Source of the DNA: Lachnospiraceae bacterium
GTDB taxonomy: Bacteria; Bacillota; Clostridia; Lachnospirales; Lachnospiraceae
DNA length: 64,000 nucleotides
Assembly (NCBI GenBank): GCA_017448245.1
Contig: JAFSLV010000028.1
Coordinates: 32,441 to 96,440, forward strand
Direction: 5' to 3'
Shown: in pieces, positions 19,592-29,348 of the stretch
Layout: each line of letters starts with the position of its first letter
How positions within the stretch are numbered: position 1 is the first letter of the stretch
Translations under genes and position numbers: made by a program
The notes under the pieces: model-generated
The model's input: only the letters and a program-made list of their open reading frames with translations
Databases searched by the model: none
Told to the model about the DNA's origin: nothing

Positions 19592-21271
19592 TTAATAGCA
19601 GTATATACTGTCCATCATTCTCAGCATGTCCGGATCATCTCCCGCCATATACTCGTATGTTTTTTTATCCATAATTGCTATCTGTGAGCATCGTAAAGAA
19701 AAACCCAATACCATATCATAACACTCGTAATCCCCATTTAGACAATCCACGTAGCACACATCTGTCAAATTAGAAATCACTTCGTCAGCAAATAGAAGAC
19801 TCTGATTCGCAGGGTCAGACAGGCTTATATGCGACTCCAACGCAATATCGGTTATTTCATTTTTATCCCTTTCCACGAGACCCTGTAACTCTTTTGTACG
19901 AAGCACCTCCTCGGGATTTACATACGTAATATAAAACCGTGTTTTTTTATCAGGTAGAATTGGCGTGTTTTTGCGATTCAAGTGCCACTTGCTTTCTGAG
20001 GACACAATAAACAGCACCTTTCTTTCCGCAAGAGACTCCCTCCATAGGCATCGAAGTTTCTGAAGAAACATCTTTGCATTTTGGAACTGTGTGGCATAAC
20101 CTTCACCTTTATCGTATAGCATATTCAAAGACCACAACGTAGCATATGTATAATCACCAACAGACGCAAAACCTATCGTTTTATTCTTTATCGCATCGAG
20201 GAGAATCCGCCCCGGATGATAGGCACGCATCGCTTTATGCGGGATATAATCTTCTCCCTCCTCCTCTGACATGACCATATTAGCAGCATATGTCAGGCCA
20301 CCATTTTCCTTGAGATGATTAAAATCGTCATTGGTAAAACCGTATTTTTCTTCCAGCACTCCTGTCACGGAACGATCTGAACAGTATTCAAAATACAAAT
20401 TGATTGCCGCTTGTTGTCTTTCAGGGATATTCCCACCCGCCAGCATGAAGACTTTTGCCGCTGCTATATCACATGCATTGCGATACTGTTTATACGCGAG
20501 ATGCGGGTAAAATGATCTGACAAAAGTCTCTCTGCTCATCCCGCCGATCAAATCCGTAAGCAATCTGGCTTTTTCCTGATAATAATTCATAATCCCGCCC
20601 AGATCAATACTGCTGATATTGGATGCATGTCTTCTATAGACACATAACTCTTCCTGTATAAGATAAATCGGATATTTCGCCGCAATCATGCACCACAATC
20701 TGAAATCCGCAATACCGTAATATCTTTGGTTTAGCGTGTCCATTTCATAAAACACATCTTTTCGGATCAATGCGGAGTCGGAATTCAGACAATTGCCAAA
20801 ACTGTAAAATCGGTTCAACCAGTTATATCTCGAACGATTCTTGACATGTGAATAATCCTCCGGATAATCGCCCGCGCCATCATCAAACAGCAATTTGTCC
20901 CATGTAAAGCATGCCACATACTGCGGATGCTCTTTAAAAAAGGTGATTTGTTTTTCCAGTTTATGAATGTCAAGTAAATCATCGGAAGACATGGATTGTA
21001 CATAGTCAAAGTCCAGCGGCTTGATAATATCATAAAGCATCTCGCTGGCACCGGCATATTTCGTATTCTTTTTTAAATCGTAGAAATGTATACGTGCATC
21101 ATGATAAGACGCAATCACTTCCGCCGAGCGATCCGTGGATCCGTCATTTGCGACAAACAATTCCCAATGCGGATAGGTCTGCCGGATAATACAATCAATC
21201 GCTTCTCCGACATATTTTTCATGATTATAGCAGGACATAAAAATCGCAATTTTAGGATATTCGCTCTTCAA
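19592..21271 (-). CDS. GT2 glycosyltransferase with long C-terminal extension
   Basis: SCYNHEKY, ANDGSTD; probable TTG start after GGAG; paralog of the upstream gene. Confidence 0.85.
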   Translation of the reverse strand: MKSEYPKIAIFMSCYNHEKYVGEAIDCIIRQTYPHWELFVANDGSTDRSAEVIASYHDARIHFYDLKKNTKYAGASEMLYDIIKPLDFDYVQSMSSDDLLDIHKLEKQITFFKEHPQYVACFTWDKLLFDDGAGDYPEDYSHVKNRSRYNWLNRFYSFGNCLNSDSALIRKDVFYEMDTLNQRYYGIADFRLWCMIAAKYPIYLIQEELCVYRRHASNISSIDLGGIMNYYQEKARLLTDLIGGMSRETFVRSFYPHLAYKQYRNACDIAAAKVFMLAGGNIPERQQAAINLYFEYCSDRSVTGVLEEKYGFTNDDFNHLKENGGLTYAANMVMSEEEGEDYIPHKAMRAYHPGRILLDAIKNKTIGFASVGDYTYATLWSLNMLYDKGEGYATQFQNAKMFLQKLRCLWRESLAERKVLFIVSSESKWHLNRKNTPILPDKKTRFYITYVNPEEVLRTKELQGLVERDKNEITDIALESHISLSDPANQSLLFADEVISNLTDVCYVDCLNGDYECYDMVLGFSLRCSQIAIMDKKTYEYMAGDDPDMLRMMDSIYCY

Positions 21272-21290
21272 TGGATACCATCTCCCATTT

Positions 21291-22976
21291 TCAATAATAG
21301 TAGACACCGTCAAATATCTGCAGCCTGTCACTGTCATTTTTTAGCATAGCGTTATAATCGGCTTGATCCATTATGCAGGTCTGGCTTACAGACAGCGAAT
21401 ATCCCAGCACCATCTGATAAGTCTCATACACATCCTTCATGCAGTCAACATAACATATATCCGTCAGCTCCGGGACCACTTCATCCGCAAACAAAAGACT
21501 CTGATTCTTCTCATCAAACAAATCAATATAATGGACTTCTGCGATATCCGTCCCCGTCTGCCTGTCCTCTTCTATCAGAGCAGATACATCCGTTGACTGC
21601 AGAATATCCATCGTATTAACATAAGAGACATAAAATCTCGTGTTCTTTCCTTCCGGTACAGGTGTATTATCTTTGTTCAAGCGCCAGTCAGAATCAGATG
21701 CCACGATAAATAAAATATTCCGATTCTTTTTGCGTACTCTCCATGCCTCTCTTAGTTTTTCACATAACATCTTTGCAGTCGTAAAAATGCCAAGAAACTC
21801 CTCCCCCGCATTTCTCACCTCGCTCAACTGTTGCATTGCCACATAGGTGAAATTGCCAAACGTGTCTATGTTGAATCTGTCGTTTTGAAACGCATCTATC
21901 AGAATCTGCCAGGCATGATATGAGTTGACCATCTTCTGAGGCAGGTAGGGATCCCGATTACTGCGCATAGCGATGTCATTGGCTGCATAAGCCAGCCCGC
22001 CGTTTTCTTTTAGATTGGTAAAGTCTCTGTTTCCAAATCCGTACTTTTCTCTCAGTATTTCAATAAAGCGGTCGCTTTTACAATGGTCGTAATACCAATC
22101 AATGGCGACCTGCGTCTTATCGCACGTAATCCCGTTTACCAGGACAATAAACTTCTCAGCCCACAGATCTTCGTCGGACTCGCATTGTTTGTATACCAGT
22201 CTCGCATAATGTGCCCTGCGGAATGACTTTTTATCCATTGGCAAAATCACGTCTCTAAGCACTCTCGCTGATTCCAAAAAAAAGCAAATGGCACTACCCA
22301 TTGTATGGCTGCTTAGATTTGTTGCGTGTCGTCTGTAGTAGGTCAGTTTTTCCTGCAACAGATAGATCGGATACTTGCAGGCAATCATATACCAGTGCCT
22401 GAAGTCTGCCAGAACGATAAATCTCTGATTAATCGTATCCAGCTCGTAGAACACATCTTTTCTGATGAGTGCGGAAACGCCGTTCATACAGTTTCCAAAC
22501 TGAAAGTATTGATCCATCCACTGGTATCTGGAACGGTTGTGCATCACGGAATAATCTGCCGGATAATCCGTTGATCCTTCCGAAAAAATCACCTCATCCA
22601 TCGTAAAACACGCCGCATATTCCGGGTGCGCTTCGAAAAACCTGATCTGCTTTTCTATTTTTTCCTTATCAATCAGATCATCGGAGTTCATCATCTGAAT
22701 ATAGTCAAAATCCATCGGTTCAATCAGATCAGTCAGCATCTTTTGCGCGCCAACCAGCTGTGTATTTTCTTTCAGATCATGGAAATGAATACGCGGATCC
22801 TTGTATGACGCAATGACCTCACCGCTACGATCCGTAGATCCATCGTTCGCGATAAAGAGTTCCCAATGTGGATAGGTCTGATTTAGAATCGACTCAATTG
22901 CATCTCCGACATACTTTTCATGATTGTAACAACACATGAAAAACGCTACTCTCGGTTGTTTCCCATTGTTACCCAT
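21291..22976 (-). CDS. GT2 glycosyltransferase with long C-terminal extension
   Basis: CCYNHEKY, ANDGSTD, MNSDD; start moved to MGNNGK. Confidence 0.85.
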   Translation of the reverse strand: MGNNGKQPRVAFFMCCYNHEKYVGDAIESILNQTYPHWELFIANDGSTDRSGEVIASYKDPRIHFHDLKENTQLVGAQKMLTDLIEPMDFDYIQMMNSDDLIDKEKIEKQIRFFEAHPEYAACFTMDEVIFSEGSTDYPADYSVMHNRSRYQWMDQYFQFGNCMNGVSALIRKDVFYELDTINQRFIVLADFRHWYMIACKYPIYLLQEKLTYYRRHATNLSSHTMGSAICFFLESARVLRDVILPMDKKSFRRAHYARLVYKQCESDEDLWAEKFIVLVNGITCDKTQVAIDWYYDHCKSDRFIEILREKYGFGNRDFTNLKENGGLAYAANDIAMRSNRDPYLPQKMVNSYHAWQILIDAFQNDRFNIDTFGNFTYVAMQQLSEVRNAGEEFLGIFTTAKMLCEKLREAWRVRKKNRNILFIVASDSDWRLNKDNTPVPEGKNTRFYVSYVNTMDILQSTDVSALIEEDRQTGTDIAEVHYIDLFDEKNQSLLFADEVVPELTDICYVDCMKDVYETYQMVLGYSLSVSQTCIMDQADYNAMLKNDSDRLQIFDGVYYY

Positions 22977-23118
22977 ACAGAATGCCCCTTCAAGATGTAA
23001 AGCACTTTCCGAATATCCGGATTTTTGTCCACTAAACAAAACGCTATATCTCAAAATAATACGTATAACCCGTAAATCCGAAATCTTTCGCTCATTGACG
23101 GACTCATCGACGCTCATA

Positions 23119-24507
23119 TTATTGTCGCAATACCAGGTTTTTTCGTTCCCTCGCAATATCTTCCAGTTCGGTTGTAAACCCGCTGATACTGAACAATATA
23201 TACCACACCTCTCTCTCCTCCCTGTTCCATGGAATCAGTTGCCCTTTTTCTTCCAGCTCGCGCAATATGTCCGTTCCGACCGGCTTGTTCCGGTACTTAC
23301 ATTCTCCCAATATCATCTTTTTATTCTCTTCGTCAAGCGCAACAATGTCGATCTCCATGTGCGCATCCCACCAGCGCCCTACTTTGGTAAAATGAAACGG
23401 CCAGATGTCTGCGTCATTTAATTCCCACATTTTCTCGCGGCAAATATCCTCATACACATACGCGACATGGGCGCTGACGAAATCTCTCCTGATGATCCGT
23501 TGCACATGAAGCCGGTTACCGCTCTCCAACAGTCCCCTGTTCGGAAAAACAAACAAAAACCAAAAGCGCAGAAAATGATCCTTTATCCTGTACAGCCCCT
23601 TTTTGCTCTTATCCGGGTTTGACTCGGTTACCGGAACCTCACGCTCCAATATATCCAGGTCGATCAGCGTCCGCAGATACTTTGTCAGACCTGTCGACTT
23701 TATTCCCAACATCCCTGACATGGCAGACAATTTCCGGTTCCCCGCGGCAATGACCTTGATGATGGAGAAGTAACTGCCAATTTCGGCCACCTCCTGCTGC
23801 AGCAAAAAATCCGGCTCCTGGTACAAAAACCCGGACATATTCAAAACATGATGATCTATTGCTGCATAAACATCCTTTTCCGCGTTCACGGTCCTGATGT
23901 ATTTTGGAACACCGCCTGTCAGTGCATAAAATGCGACCAGCGTCTCTTTTTGAACTTTCGGAAAAAAACCTCTATAGTGGCGGAAAGGGATTTGTTGCAG
24001 CCTGATCTGTGCGGTTCGTCTTCCGTAGAGGGGGCTGTGATAGGAGAGTGTCTGAGACTCCATCATAGAAATCAGTGAGCCGCAAAGAATCACCATAACG
24101 GATTTGTCCTTCAGGATCGTTTCCCATATCCGCTGAAACACGGAAGGAAATGCCGGGTTAGATTTTCCGATATATTGAAACTCGTCAATAACGATCACAG
24201 GTTTCGACCTGAACGGCATCTCCATGACAGTTTGGAAAATCACGTCCCACCCGGAAACAGAAGACTCCCGCAGAAGTGTACTGTCAATAAATGTTGCAGC
24301 AATATCCTTAAACACATTCCGGTTTTGAGACTCTGATTCCTCACTTGCAAGAAAAAATAACGCATTCTTATTTCTGATAAAATGCGAAATCAGTGCCGTC
24401 TTACCGACACGTCTGCGCCCATACAATATCACAAGCGAAGCGCCTTTTCTTTTATACTCTGCCTCCAGGACAGCTAATTCGGTTTGTCTGTCTATAAATT
24501 GCTTCAT
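23119..24507 (-). CDS. Archaeal-type AAA ATPase (ATPase_2/COG1672-like) with wHTH and C-terminal DUF234 PD-(D/E)xK-like domain
   Basis: Walker A GRRRVGKT, Walker B VIDEFQY, TGGVPKY, EIDIVA...LGECKY. Confidence 0.88.
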   Translation of the reverse strand: MKQFIDRQTELAVLEAEYKRKGASLVILYGRRRVGKTALISHFIRNKNALFFLASEESESQNRNVFKDIAATFIDSTLLRESSVSGWDVIFQTVMEMPFRSKPVIVIDEFQYIGKSNPAFPSVFQRIWETILKDKSVMVILCGSLISMMESQTLSYHSPLYGRRTAQIRLQQIPFRHYRGFFPKVQKETLVAFYALTGGVPKYIRTVNAEKDVYAAIDHHVLNMSGFLYQEPDFLLQQEVAEIGSYFSIIKVIAAGNRKLSAMSGMLGIKSTGLTKYLRTLIDLDILEREVPVTESNPDKSKKGLYRIKDHFLRFWFLFVFPNRGLLESGNRLHVQRIIRRDFVSAHVAYVYEDICREKMWELNDADIWPFHFTKVGRWWDAHMEIDIVALDEENKKMILGECKYRNKPVGTDILRELEEKGQLIPWNREEREVWYILFSISGFTTELEDIARERKNLVLRQ

Positions 24508-24536
24508 ACCAATACCGATACTTCCTCCTGTACATG

Positions 24537-24571
24537 ATTATACTTTGTATTATAATAATTTCAAGTATAAT
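24537..24571 (-). promoter_or_regulatory. Sigma-70 promoter (TTGAAA...TATAAT) for the ATPase, bracketed by 9-bp inverted repeat ATTATACTT/AAGTATAAT
   Basis: Arms at 24537-24545 and 24563-24571; internal palindrome TATTATAATA at 24548-24557. Confidence 0.65.
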
Positions 24572-24575
24572 GCGT

Positions 24576-25687
24576 TCAGCCTTTCTTCCGCTCGACGCTA
24601 ATCATCTCCTTCAATATGGCAATCGCACCCATGATCCATCCGCATGCACCATCCAGCCGGTAGCCGTTAAAACCGGCCTGTGTCAACAGCGACACAACTA
24701 CTGCATATCCAGATGCAAAAGCGCTTCCGGCCGGATACCCTCTGATACCATGTCCGTCACATGATCATAATAGCTGCCGACAGGGCCAAAGGTCGTTGCA
24801 TATCCGGGGATGTCCTGTACCGCCTTCTGTACCGTTTCTTCCGTGTCCTCATAAAACAGACTCCGCCCGTTATCATACAGAGGATAAAAGCATTCGCCCT
24901 GTGCGGACACCTTGACCGCAATATTGGACAGATGCCGGTCATCCTGCCTGGTAATAAAATCCAGCAGTATCATGCGGGCGATGTCCTCTGCGTACTGCGG
25001 GCGTACCTGTATCAGATTCCTGTACTCATTGTCGGATCGCTCTCCGTCAAACAGGCGACGGAAATGCACCAGATATTCTCCGGAATAATCATATTGAAAT
25101 GCGGAGAAAATGGTATCTTCATCGATACGATACGTCGGACAACACGGAACGCCCAGTTTTTCCGCCAGCATATATACGGCTATCTCGGACTCCGCATCCG
25201 TTACCAGCGGATTGATCCGCCTTTTATAGATGCCGTACTGCCCGTTATAGACGCCGTAGCGCTTGATGTTACAACCTTCCGGGGTGTCAATGCTGTCGCC
25301 GGTCAGATCCGTTCTGCGGTGAAACACTGCGTCAAAGACATCCGTGACCGCATCCCCCATCCGTTCATCTGCTTCCTCTGCAATCCAGAGCAGATCCTTC
25401 GGGTGGATGGCCCGGGTGATTCTTGCGATCTTCCAGACATCGTAGGATGAGAGTCCGCACCGGAAGAGGATCTTTTCGATATCCCTGCGATCCCTGCTTA
25501 CAATGCGCTCAGACAGAAACGAGATCAGTTCCTCGCGTGTCCATGTGTTCTTTCCATGTGTATAGGTATGCACTACCGTATTGAAATCCGGCCGCACGAA
25601 AGATACGGAGAGATCCGGCGCAACGGTTCCGATCACCGTCTCATCCCATTTCAGATAATACATGCCGGGAACGTCTGTTTTGTTCAT
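24576..25687 (-). pseudogene. HipA-like kinase with probable frameshift near the 3' end (in-frame ORF stops at 24698)
   Basis: DDRHLSNIA and LYDNGRSL kinase motifs; an alternative frame continues AVVVSLLTQAGFNGYRLDGACGWIMGAIAILKEMISVERKKG* to 24576. Confidence 0.65.
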
Positions 25688-25787
25688 CTGCCGATCCGCC
25701 GTAATCTGAAGATAAAGATACAACTACACCATCTGTTCAATTCTATCAAATATGCGACTTCTATACAAGATAAACGCTATATATCAT

Positions 25788-26858
25788 CTACCCTTGCAGT
25801 ATTTTTACCCTCTCCCTTACATGCTGCCACTGTGCCTCACTCAGATACGGCGGTATCTCCATCTCCAACACCCGGCTCACATCTGTCTGCAGTGTGTTCC
25901 CTGCGATCAGCGCTGCTTCCATCAAAGACATCTCTTCCGAAACTGTCTGTGCATGCGCATTGGTATAAGAGGAAAACGACTGGTCATGATCAAATAACGG
26001 ACAAAAGCCGGTCAGAGCACCTGTCGCATGATCCATGAAAAATCCCCAATTCTGTTTATGACGATCCACGTTATTCAGAATACCGTCCGCAAGCAGCATT
26101 TCGTGATATGCTTTTTGATCCACCTTTGCTGCCTCGTGGTACGCATCCTTTCCCTGTGTATGGCAATACACCTCAAAGTCTTCAAAGGTGACGAGCCCGC
26201 GATCCTCTGACGTAAACAGTTTGGAGCATACCATCTGCTCGCCGACGCTCCCGATCCACTCCCTCCGTTCGTCAGACAGATAAGGTGACAACACCTCCGC
26301 ATCAGAGACTTCATAAGAAATGTGCGTAATACCGAGTGCTTCCAGAATGCGGCAGGCAGGGATCTCATATTTCCCGACTTTATGCAGATGCAATCCGTCT
26401 TGTTGGCGGATCCATGCCTTGGCATTGACGCCAAGGGTCGTCAGTTCCGGTGTGTGTACCGCTCCCTGCTGATACGATTCCGTAACAAACCGTATATTAC
26501 CGCCGGACAATGATACCTCTGATACAAAGAGTGATAACGGATGTGTGAAGAGGTTGATCTCTTCCCACACGGCATCGTCTCCCTCCTGCCGGATCCAGTA
26601 TGCATCCGAAAGACTCAATCCCCGGCAGGCCAGACTGACCGCAAAGCGGTTATTCTGTGACAGTCTGAGCAGGTTGAGTATCTCCTTTGCAAAGCAGCGT
26701 CCGACAGAGAGTGTACGATTGGCTGCCCACTCGACAAAATCCGGATAGGTGATCTTCCGTCCCCTCAGAAAAAACGGGATAAGATCTGGATGCCGCACAT
26801 GACAGGCACCGTTTTCTTCCACATCCATGATTACGGTGTTTTTCAACATCAATTGCAT
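25788..26858 (-). CDS. HipA-like (HipA_C/CtkA-type) Ser/Thr kinase
   Basis: GVNAKAW, NVDRHKQNWGF, PLFDHDQSF; SD GAGG overlaps the upstream stop. Confidence 0.75.
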   Translation of the reverse strand: MQLMLKNTVIMDVEENGACHVRHPDLIPFFLRGRKITYPDFVEWAANRTLSVGRCFAKEILNLLRLSQNNRFAVSLACRGLSLSDAYWIRQEGDDAVWEEINLFTHPLSLFVSEVSLSGGNIRFVTESYQQGAVHTPELTTLGVNAKAWIRQQDGLHLHKVGKYEIPACRILEALGITHISYEVSDAEVLSPYLSDERREWIGSVGEQMVCSKLFTSEDRGLVTFEDFEVYCHTQGKDAYHEAAKVDQKAYHEMLLADGILNNVDRHKQNWGFFMDHATGALTGFCPLFDHDQSFSSYTNAHAQTVSEEMSLMEAALIAGNTLQTDVSRVLEMEIPPYLSEAQWQHVRERVKILQG

Positions 26859-26861
26859 GCT

Positions 26862-27827
26862 TTATTCCTCTCTACCGTGAGCCACGATATCACCGTTTTT
26901 TTCGATTTCCCTGCAGATGTGACCGTACAGCGTTTCTCTCCCGTCAGGTGTCTGCTTTTCAAACGGAAGCTTCCAGGTCAGTTTGTATACAAAGGTATCC
27001 TCCTGTAAGATACGGTCGACCGCTTCATCATACGGGTCGTTGAGGTTGTGTACCAGATGCTCGATATGCGGCATCGACGGAGGATTACCCAGAATCTTGT
27101 CCGCAATGGCGGGCACGCTGCGCACCGCCTCCGCAATGATGATATCGATCAGAAAATAATCCGCAAGAATCTCCTGCTCCGACCAGTACAGATAAAAAGC
27201 ATTGATCAGATAACGCGGAAGAATATCTCCCGCACCCGTTTTTATAAAATTACCAAACCATAATCCCTGAGACACAAATTGCGGATCCGGAGGATCCAGC
27301 TTTGGCGTGTAAAAAGCATCGGGCAAAAACCACTGTTTTGGCATCGGTTGCCGTACAAGAAATGTCGCGTCAATGTAGAACCCTCCGTAGCGATATAATA
27401 ATTCCGCCCGAATCAGGTCCGTCAGATGCGTGATCGTAATACTGCCTTTTTGAAAAAGTTCCAGTATGCGGGGCGGGAAATGCACATAGTCCCGAAAATT
27501 AGCCTCTGTGATAAAGTATATCTCCGCAAGATCTCCCGGAATTGCATGCCGTATACTGTTGACGCACAGCTTCACCAAATCCGGCATCTTGTCTTCTCCC
27601 TGCCACCAGATAAGCCATACCGGGGTTTTGTCCCGAAAACCACGAGGCCGGTACTTCGCAGGATACACATCAAACAGGTCGTCCTTTGCATATCGGAAGG
27701 AGAGTTCTTTCAAAAGTTCATGAATATAATCCCTGAACAGAATCGCGTATTCCAGTTCCTCCTCCGTCTGAGCGGCGGTCGGTGGTATATGGTATGGGAA
27801 TGGAGATGTCTGTCTGTTGTCTGTCAT
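26862..27827 (-). CDS. Capsular polysaccharide synthesis protein (Caps_synth, GT32-like)
   Basis: VWLIWWQGE, HLTDLIRAELLYRYGGFYIDAT, DYFLID, YKLTWK; start moved out of overlap with the divergent gene. Confidence 0.85.
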   Translation of the reverse strand: MTDNRQTSPFPYHIPPTAAQTEEELEYAILFRDYIHELLKELSFRYAKDDLFDVYPAKYRPRGFRDKTPVWLIWWQGEDKMPDLVKLCVNSIRHAIPGDLAEIYFITEANFRDYVHFPPRILELFQKGSITITHLTDLIRAELLYRYGGFYIDATFLVRQPMPKQWFLPDAFYTPKLDPPDPQFVSQGLWFGNFIKTGAGDILPRYLINAFYLYWSEQEILADYFLIDIIIAEAVRSVPAIADKILGNPPSMPHIEHLVHNLNDPYDEAVDRILQEDTFVYKLTWKLPFEKQTPDGRETLYGHICREIEKNGDIVAHGREE

Positions 27828-27908
27828 CGGGAAGCCTTTCATTTCCGTACACTTCTGTGCTACAATTATGATACCATTTTTCCATTGCCGTGTAAAAAGG
27901 GAGCCCTT

Positions 27909-29348
27909 ATGATCAATAGACTGGATGAGGTACGTGACGGTTTTTTCATCACCAATATGATGAAGCGCAACTGGATGACCCGGCTGGATCTGCTGGAGAT
28001 CATCGACCGCGTATGCAAGGAGCATCGCATCCGCTATTTTCTCGGAGAAGGTACGCTGCTCGGCGCCGTCCGGCATCGGGGATATATCCCGTGGGACGAT
28101 GATATCGATCTCTATATGATGCGCCCCGATTTTGATCGCTTCTTTGCCATGGCAGACGACGTATTGCCCGCGCCGTTTCATGTAAGCCACGTCCTCGAAC
28201 CCAATATGCACCGGCGTGTCAGCAAGATATCCGGCGGAGATGAAATCATTTTTACCAATGAATACCTGTCATCTCATCACGGCTTCCCCTATCCTTACAG
28301 TATCGACATCTTTCCCCTGGATGCAAAATACCCTGACCCTGCGAAAGAAGAAGACAGAAGGAGCCGCATCCGCGAGATTACGGCAATGTTACAGACCGAA
28401 GAGGATGCCGCGCGACGTGAGGAATTGGAATCTCAGCGTGAGTCCGCGTATACCGCATGCCCCTTCGATGAGGCGCGGGAAGTCACCTTCTTCAGTCATG
28501 AGGGTACGATTCATGTGTTTCAAAAACAATGGTTTGAGCCTGAATCAACACTTTTATTTGAAGACCGTCACCTTCCCGTACCCTCCGATTACGATATGGT
28601 CCTGACGACCAGATACCACAACTACATGACCGGCGTGCGCGATGAGTCCTCTCATATCTACCCCTGTTATGCGCTGTATGAAGAACAGTTCCGGGATTTC
28701 CTCGGTCACAATCCGTTCCGTTATACCTATGACGCATCACATCTGCAAAGGTCGCGTATCATACAGGAACAAGCGAAAGACATTCTTTTTCTGCCGGTGC
28801 GATCAGCCTGGTGGCCGGCCATGCATTCCGCGTATCATACGCTGCGCGCACAGGAGCAGATACATATCACGGTGGCGCCTGTTCCGTTCCGGCTTCTTGA
28901 AGATACCGCTGATCATGAAGGTCTCCGCAGCGACCTGTCGGGTTTTCCGCAGGATCTGCCGCTGGTCGATGTCCGTACCGTTGATATATGTTCCGCACAT
29001 TATGACATGATCTTCATCCAGTTTCCTTATGATGGTACCAACTCGACGATGTCTGTTCCGGAGGGTTTCTTTTCATCGGCGCTCCGGTCACATTGTGAAA
29101 GACTCGTCTATATTCCCCCCTATCTCACGGATGACCCGTCCCCGACGGACCCCGCACTTGCCGCGGCACTCGAAGTGTTGATAGAACAGCCGGCGGTCAT
29201 GTTTGCCGACCATATCCTCGTATCGTCGGAACTGATGCGGGTCTTCTATATCGAGATACTGTGTATCATCACGGGAGAAGAAAACCGCACTGTGTGGGAA
29301 GATAAGATCATCGTTCACTCCGCAGATGAAGGAGCGATTACCTCATGA
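27909..29348 (+). CDS. licD: LicD-family phosphotransferase with C-terminal half-GT-B module
   Basis: GTLLGAVRHRGYIPWDDDID, IDIFPLD; start ATG 27909 after AAGGAG. Confidence 0.9.
   Translation: MINRLDEVRDGFFITNMMKRNWMTRLDLLEIIDRVCKEHRIRYFLGEGTLLGAVRHRGYIPWDDDIDLYMMRPDFDRFFAMADDVLPAPFHVSHVLEPNMHRRVSKISGGDEIIFTNEYLSSHHGFPYPYSIDIFPLDAKYPDPAKEEDRRSRIREITAMLQTEEDAARREELESQRESAYTACPFDEAREVTFFSHEGTIHVFQKQWFEPESTLLFEDRHLPVPSDYDMVLTTRYHNYMTGVRDESSHIYPCYALYEEQFRDFLGHNPFRYTYDASHLQRSRIIQEQAKDILFLPVRSAWWPAMHSAYHTLRAQEQIHITVAPVPFRLLEDTADHEGLRSDLSGFPQDLPLVDVRTVDICSAHYDMIFIQFPYDGTNSTMSVPEGFFSSALRSHCERLVYIPPYLTDDPSPTDPALAAALEVLIEQPAVMFADHILVSSELMRVFYIEILCIITGEENRTVWEDKIIVHSADEGAITS

Noticed and set aside
26862-29348. 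Apparent ~790-bp overlap of divergent ORFs 26862-28211 (-) and 27426-29348 (+)
   Set aside because: An artefact of first-start calling. Real starts at 27827 and 27909 flank an 81-bp region with divergent promoters
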